Source of the DNA: a virus
Lineage: Duplodnaviria; Heunggongvirae; Uroviricota; Caudoviricetes
Direction: 5' to 3' (one strand)
IMG/VR virus record: IMGVR_UViG_3300028534_000019
Coordinates: 31,091 to 95,090 of that record
Length of the DNA: 64,000 nt
In this document: piece after piece, positions 58,671-64,000 of the stretch
Layout: the number at the start of each line of letters is the position of its first letter
Position numbering within the stretch: the stretch's first letter is position 1
The notes under the pieces: model-generated
Databases searched by the model: none
What the model was told of the DNA's origin: nothing
What the model saw: the letters and a program-made list of their open reading frames with translations, nothing else
Position numbers and translations under genes: made by a program

Positions 58671-61600
58671 ATGAGTACAACTAGTGAAGAACTTTTAGAG
58701 ATAGTACCTTATGATTTAGAAGAAATTAAAAAAGAACTTAAAGATAGAGCAATATCTGATTTAGGAATGACTGATGCTCAATATGAGGGTTCAAATATTT
58801 CACAAATAATAGATATTATTGCTTATAATACATTAATTAATAATTATAATTTTACTTATGGTTTTAATGAAATGTTTATTACAAAAGCAAGAGATAAATC
58901 TAATGTAATTTCACACGCAAGGGCTTTGGGTTATATTAATAAAAGAAAAACATCTTATCAATATAAAATTAGATTAAAATCTAAAGTAGCTGGACAAGTA
59001 ACATTAGATAAATACACACCTTTTGAATCAGGTGGTAATCAATATGTTTATATGGGTGACCCTTTTACTGATTCTTTTGGTACTGAGATAATTATCTATT
59101 CTCTATATAATGAATATGAAAATGGTTTAACTCAAGATTTTTATAAAAATATTGTAAAAGATGATTATATTATTACTGAAGAGGGTGTTGTATTTAGACT
59201 TCTTGATAATACAGAAGAAGCAGAATATCCAAAAATGCTACTTGAACAAATTACAAAAGGTGAAGTAAAAGAGTTATCAGGTTTACCACAACAAATTTTT
59301 TATAAAGATAAAAGAACATCAAAATTAGTTCAATTCGGAACAGTTGATAGTTATCTAATTTCAGGTGATAAATTTCTAGTACAATATAATTCAGATTCTT
59401 ATAATAGATTAAATCCTTGGACTGTAAGTCCTTTAATAACAAATAGTTTTAAATTAATAGATGGTAAATTAACAGTTGATAATGACTTAAATTTTAATAA
59501 TCAGTCAGATTTTAAAATACAAAGTATAGTTGAAGTATTAGTTGATATTGAAGCAGATGGTAATTATGTTGTATATGATGTTAATTCTGTTACAATATCA
59601 GATGATAAAACAACAGTTTATTTCCCTACTGATAAGATGGCTGTAAGAGAAAATGTAAACTCAGCAAATATTCATTCATTGGGTGGTGATGCTTATTCTA
59701 TTGATACTCAATATATCATATATGATGAAGATTCAGTAACAGAATTAGAAATTATTATTGCTGGTTTAGAACCTCTAAGATTATATAAAAAAGGTTATGT
59801 AGTTGTTAATGATGATGATGATAAACTTAAAAGAGTTGCTTTAGACCCTATTAAAAATAGATTAACTGATGATTATATAGCACCTGAAATAAATACAACT
59901 TTGTATGTATTTGATAAACCAATTGTTGAAAGAGTTATAAGTGTAGATTTAGTAAAAATAACCAAAGCATCAGATGGTAGTGTAATATTTGTTCCTGATG
60001 ATAAAATAACATTATCTGATAATCAAATGATTATAGATGATTCAGTAGGTTTAGAAAAAGATGATGAAGTAGAAGTTAGTTATACTTTTTATACTAATGT
60101 TACTGAAGCAGATGTTTATGTTCATTACTTATATTCTTATAGTGATTTAGATGGTAAACATCTTAAAATAAGTATAGGTTATGATGAAAATAATGATGGA
60201 AGACCTGATGCTTTAATTTCTTTTTCAGATTTAAAACCTGAGCCCGGGATTAATTGGGAAGGTTTTCCTTTGTTTGATTGGCAAGAAGAAACAGAAATTC
60301 TTATATTTGATATTAGAACTTTGAATATAGATGACACATTAGTTAAACAATCTTTATATAAAGAAACTGGTTTACAAATACACGAATGTTTTACTACACC
60401 TTTTAGATTAACAAGATTTTCAAAGACACAACCTGAAGTAGATGCTTTAGGTAAAGTTACTTATCAAGATTTTGATAGTAGCACTTGTTTTGCTAGTACA
60501 AAAACTATACAAGAAAAATATGAATTTGAAGTTGTTGTTACTGAGGGTTCTATGGAAAGATATAGTGAATTAGATGATGAAGGTAACATTAAATATCCTG
60601 AATTAAGTGTTGTTATTACACCTGATATGGAACAATCAGGTTATTTTGTTATTTATGGTAAAGATATAGAACAAAATGGTATAGAAATGTTTATTGATGG
60701 TGTTAAGAAAAATGGTACACTTCATAACTCTAAACCTTGGTATCAAAGAAGTTCATTATTAGCTGAAAAGATAATTGAAGATAATACTTTTATTTCATTA
60801 CCTGATGCTGAATATCCTGATTATATCAAAATTTATACTAGATATGCTTCTTCAGGTATAGAAATTATGAGTGGAAACTTATGTAAATTGAATATACTTA
60901 AAACATCAGGTTCTAAGGGTTATACTAACCTTTTAATTTCTCCTAAAGATACTAGTATTTTTGATGCTGTTTATATTAATGAAGAAGCAAAAGTTCCTAA
61001 TATATTATTTGTAGAAGGAAGTGATGAAGAGAGTATTGATGAAATTAGAGAAAATGCTCCATTATTTAGTAATACAGCTAATAGAGCAGTAACTAAAAAA
61101 GATTATAAAACTATTTGTGAGGCTCAACCTTATGTTTATAATGCTCAGATTTGGGGTGGTGAAGAGATAAGACCTTGTCCTCATTTAGGAGAAGTTTATA
61201 TATCTATTATACCTTATTCAAGAACATTAGACTTGGTTAAAGATAATGATACTTATAAAATTGATACATCATTACCTGAAATGTTTTTTCCAACATATTA
61301 CCAAATAACAGGTAAGATTGAGGAAACATCAACTGAGAAAAATATAACTGATAAGAGTATTTTATTTAATATTTTAGATAATTATAAAGTAATTACAATA
61401 AAATTAAATTATGCTAAACCTGTATATATAGAAAGTAAAGTAACAATAGATTTACTTAAAAATAAACCGGGTAAATCAGTTAATGAAATTAGACAAGATT
61501 TGGTTAATGCTATTAGAAATTATTTTACTGAAAATGTAGAATTTTTTGAATCAACAATTTATAAATCAACTTTAGTTAAAAAACTTGATGAAGTTATAGG

Positions 61601-62429
61601 TGATTATTATGGTTTAAATGCTAATATTTCTTATTGGGTTAATATTTGGGCTGATGTAGTTAATACAACAAATGGTTCTTTTAGTTTCAGTCACACAAGA
61701 ACAGTGGATTATGATGAAACACACCAAGTAGCAACAGGTATTATACAAAGAATTAATAAATTTAATTTATATCTTGCTTATCCTATTGAACCTATGTTTA
61801 AACCAAATAAAGTTATAGATGGTAATTTGGTATATGGTGATTTGGATGTTGATGCTTTAACTAAGATAGGTGCTAGAGATGTTTTTTTAACTAATGATGA
61901 AATATATTTAGATTTAAACTATGCTCATATTAGAGCATTTGATAAAAATGATGTAGAAACAAGAGCATACCCAACTGAGGAAGACCAATTGATACAAATT
62001 CCTATTATGTGGAAAGTTCCTAATTATAATATAGGAAAAATGCTAACTATTTTACCTACTGAGGTAAAAGATAAATTAGGTTTAGAAAACCAAACAGGTT
62101 CAACATTAACAATAGATTTAGAATATAGAATAGGATGGTATAATATTTATAGAGATATTAAAATTATTGATGTTGTTATAGAACAATTAGATGAAAATAC
62201 AACAAGTTTTTTAGAAACTTCTTTTATAAATTATATTGTTATGAATCAAGTTGATGAATATATTTTAAAAACTTTCCCAGGAGAAAGTAGATGGGATTAT
62301 AAATCAACTATATTACCTAGAATGGCTTTTTTAGAAAGAATAAAATTAGATATTTTACCTCAATATGAAGATTTACAATTTGTTAGAAACACCTTTCCAA
62401 TAATTGAACAAGTAGAATTTATAGCATAA
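58671..62429 (+). CDS. 6: Baseplate wedge protein (gp6 / Baseplate_J-like), enlarged
   Basis: The N-terminus (...GMTDAQYEGSNISQIIDIIAYNTLINNYNFTYGFNEMFITKARDKSNVISHARALGY) fits Baseplate_J. Positioned after the gp25-like gene. 1252 aa. Confidence 0.65.
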   Translation: MSTTSEELLEIVPYDLEEIKKELKDRAISDLGMTDAQYEGSNISQIIDIIAYNTLINNYNFTYGFNEMFITKARDKSNVISHARALGYINKRKTSYQYKIRLKSKVAGQVTLDKYTPFESGGNQYVYMGDPFTDSFGTEIIIYSLYNEYENGLTQDFYKNIVKDDYIITEEGVVFRLLDNTEEAEYPKMLLEQITKGEVKELSGLPQQIFYKDKRTSKLVQFGTVDSYLISGDKFLVQYNSDSYNRLNPWTVSPLITNSFKLIDGKLTVDNDLNFNNQSDFKIQSIVEVLVDIEADGNYVVYDVNSVTISDDKTTVYFPTDKMAVRENVNSANIHSLGGDAYSIDTQYIIYDEDSVTELEIIIAGLEPLRLYKKGYVVVNDDDDKLKRVALDPIKNRLTDDYIAPEINTTLYVFDKPIVERVISVDLVKITKASDGSVIFVPDDKITLSDNQMIIDDSVGLEKDDEVEVSYTFYTNVTEADVYVHYLYSYSDLDGKHLKISIGYDENNDGRPDALISFSDLKPEPGINWEGFPLFDWQEETEILIFDIRTLNIDDTLVKQSLYKETGLQIHECFTTPFRLTRFSKTQPEVDALGKVTYQDFDSSTCFASTKTIQEKYEFEVVVTEGSMERYSELDDEGNIKYPELSVVITPDMEQSGYFVIYGKDIEQNGIEMFIDGVKKNGTLHNSKPWYQRSSLLAEKIIEDNTFISLPDAEYPDYIKIYTRYASSGIEIMSGNLCKLNILKTSGSKGYTNLLISPKDTSIFDAVYINEEAKVPNILFVEGSDEESIDEIRENAPLFSNTANRAVTKKDYKTICEAQPYVYNAQIWGGEEIRPCPHLGEVYISIIPYSRTLDLVKDNDTYKIDTSLPEMFFPTYYQITGKIEETSTEKNITDKSILFNILDNYKVITIKLNYAKPVYIESKVTIDLLKNKPGKSVNEIRQDLVNAIRNYFTENVEFFESTIYKSTLVKKLDEVIGDYYGLNANISYWVNIWADVVNTTNGSFSFSHTRTVDYDETHQVATGIIQRINKFNLYLAYPIEPMFKPNKVIDGNLVYGDLDVDALTKIGARDVFLTNDEIYLDLNYAHIRAFDKNDVETRAYPTEEDQLIQIPIMWKVPNYNIGKMLTILPTEVKDKLGLENQTGSTLTIDLEYRIGWYNIYRDIKIIDVVIEQLDENTTSFLETSFINYIVMNQVDEYILKTFPGESRWDYKSTILPRMAFLERIKLDILPQYEDLQFVRNTFPIIEQVEFIA

Positions 62430-62442
62430 TTTATGCTATAAA
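62418..62442 (+). terminator. Hairpin spanning the gp6-like stop codon and overlapping the next late box
   Basis: TTTATAGCAT (62418-62427) and ATGCTATAAA (62433-62442) form a 10-bp perfect stem with a 5-nt loop, followed by TACTTTT. Confidence 0.4.
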
Positions 62443-62444
62443 TA
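62437..62444 (+). promoter_or_regulatory. T4-type late promoter box TATAAATA
   Basis: CTATAAATACTTTTAA lies 20 nt upstream of the ATG at 62464. The 16-mer is identical to the one before the tape measure. Confidence 0.5.
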
Positions 62445-62463
62445 CTTTTAAAAAGAGGTTAAT

Positions 62464-64000
62464 ATGACTAATGATATATATCCACTTTTGGATGAAAGTC
62501 TAATAAATGAAAATATAGTAAATTATAATTTATTTAAAGATATATTAATGTCTTTTTTTAGAAATAATGCTAATATTGAAAATGTTATTAATAATCCTGT
62601 TTTACTTTATGACTTTGATTATCTAATTGAACAATATTATGATACTTTAGCTGGTGAAGATACAAATAAAATTAGAAAAGAACTATTTAAAATTAATATG
62701 GAAGAAATAAATGATGTTCTTGATAGTACATCACTTAATGATGATGTATTAGAACATTTTTATGATTTTTATAGAAGTATGGGTAAAGGTATTGATGATG
62801 TTAAATTAATTAATAACTTATCAAATGATATTAATTCTCAATATTTTAATACAGCTAGAATTTATAAAATGAAAAAAGGTACATATTTAGGATATGATTT
62901 TATATTTAGTCTTTTAGGAAAAACAGGTCTTGAACCATTATTTAAAGGTGCTGAATTAGAAATTAAAGAACTTGATGAACCTTTTAAATACCAAATTAAA
63001 TCACAAGTACCAAGAGAAATATTAAAAGATACATTGTTAAAAATAACACATCCTTGTGGTTTTGAATACAGTTTTGTTTCATATGATTATATTGGTTTTG
63101 ATGAATTTTATTCTTTTTATTATGAAACTTTTTATAACTCAATAATTTTTAAACAAAATGATGGTACAATAATATTCTCATTAGAGAAAGAGTCTGATTA
63201 TTCGACAAATTTAATTTCTAGTTATTATGATGGAATTAGAAATTTTAATGTTACTGATGATGAAGTTTATGGTACTTTGGTTGAAGTTTTATTCATAAAT
63301 AATTTTTATTTTAAAGAATTAATGGATAGAACAACTGAATTATTTTTAAAATTACAATATAATGAAATTTATACAGTACAAGAAGATTCTCCTATTGAAG
63401 TTAAAGATATATATGATGTTGGAACTAATTTAGAAATATTAATAACAAATATTGAGTTAATTAATATTGAAATTGGTGAATTATATTATGAAGTAGGAAA
63501 TAAAGAAAATTCTATTAATAATGGAAAATATCTTTTTAACTTTAAACTAAAAGAAGCAAAAACATTATATATAGTTGGACAAAATTCATTTAAAGTTAGA
63601 TATACAATAGCTGGTGATAGCCCTAATCAAGGGTGGTATTATGCTGATATACCTATTATAGACCCTGTTGTATCACAAGATAATAAAAAAGTTTATGAAG
63701 ATATTAATTTTACGAAAGAAGATATTCTAAAAGATTTTAATTATAATGGTGTTTATCTTAAAAAATTTGATACTACTAATTATTTTTTAATCAATAAAAC
63801 AGAAAACAATAAACTTGATTTGATTAGAGATGAATTATATTGGGATATGTTTATACATATTGGACTTTATACATCACAAACATTTTTATTAGAAGATATA
63901 TTTGAGCCAAAACCTAATGAAATTTGTAGAAAAGTACAAATAGGTATGGAAACTACTTATTATAAAGAAAAACTTAAAATAGGTGGTTTTAAAATTGGTT
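62464..64000 (+). CDS. Baseplate/tail fibre-proximal structural protein, 5' partial (gp7-position)
   Basis: I read the frame through by hand and it stays open from the ATG at 62464 (RBS AAGAGG) to the window end, over 510 codons. It is absent from the ORF track only because no stop codon lies within the window. Confidence 0.7.
   Translation, partial: MTNDIYPLLDESLINENIVNYNLFKDILMSFFRNNANIENVINNPVLLYDFDYLIEQYYDTLAGEDTNKIRKELFKINMEEINDVLDSTSLNDDVLEHFYDFYRSMGKGIDDVKLINNLSNDINSQYFNTARIYKMKKGTYLGYDFIFSLLGKTGLEPLFKGAELEIKELDEPFKYQIKSQVPREILKDTLLKITHPCGFEYSFVSYDYIGFDEFYSFYYETFYNSIIFKQNDGTIIFSLEKESDYSTNLISSYYDGIRNFNVTDDEVYGTLVEVLFINNFYFKELMDRTTELFLKLQYNEIYTVQEDSPIEVKDIYDVGTNLEILITNIELINIEIGELYYEVGNKENSINNGKYLFNFKLKEAKTLYIVGQNSFKVRYTIAGDSPNQGWYYADIPIIDPVVSQDNKKVYEDINFTKEDILKDFNYNGVYLKKFDTTNYFLINKTENNKLDLIRDELYWDMFIHIGLYTSQTFLLEDIFEPKPNEICRKVQIGMETTYYKEKLKIGGFKIG

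Noticed and set aside
1-64000. Treating every TATAAATA as a late promoter.
   Set aside because: My rough composition estimate gives more than ten chance occurrences per strand in 64 kb. Only copies positioned 18-51 nt upstream of structural or late-looking genes were kept, and with modest confidence.
1-64000. tRNA genes, CRISPR arrays, integrases, transposases and homing endonucleases.
   Set aside because: I looked for tRNA T-arm-like GGTTCRANTCC strings (only the tmRNA has one), regular repeat-spacer arrays, and recombinase or HNH/GIY-YIG motifs in the translations. I found none in this window.

Overview
This 64 kb window is very AT-rich (about 30% G+C by eye, not computed) and almost gap-free in coding. 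It reads as part of a large T4-like myovirus genome. Recognisable T4-type genes include gp32 SSB, RNase H, gp61-type primase, large terminase, gp15, three tandem tail-tube (gp19-like) paralogues, two gp26-like hub proteins, a 1419-aa tape measure, gp27-like hub, gp5 spike, gp25 and gp6.

There is a large accessory load:
- A complete trans-translation set: a full-length tmRNA at 39452-39772 and SmpB at 16602-17051.
- A canonical DnaK with a zinc-finger-less DnaJ, a second divergent Hsp70 followed by a possible SspB-like adaptor, and a ClpP-fold protease.
- A CCA-adding enzyme and other RNA-end enzymes.
- Sir2, NADAR and Nudix (NAD/ADP-ribose) enzymes.
- A MoxR-type AAA+ ATPase with a zincin-VWA protein, a ParM-like actin, SPFH and TelA-like proteins, ThyX, dCMP deaminase, a MazG-like enzyme and an NPPY methyltransferase.

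Two promoter vocabularies recur: TTAAGN-N9/10-TATAAT, and the T4-type late box TATAAATA (once as a perfect bidirectional palindrome).

The observations I cannot explain from known annotation:
1. Seven otherwise unrelated ORFs end in the same C-terminal peptide, YPE[LIY]xF-stop.
2. The GC-rich palindromic heptamer CGGNCCG occurs at least 11 times. Every copy is in frame as xxC-GGN-CCG (Gly-Pro) on the sense strand of whichever gene carries it.
3. The tmRNA / Hsp70 / SspB-like / ClpP-like combination carries an altered tag terminus.

The tmRNA tag start (ANNTDY) resembles tags I recall from Campylobacterota, so the host may lie in that group. That is a guess from memory. All homology calls come from motif recognition by eye, not from searches.
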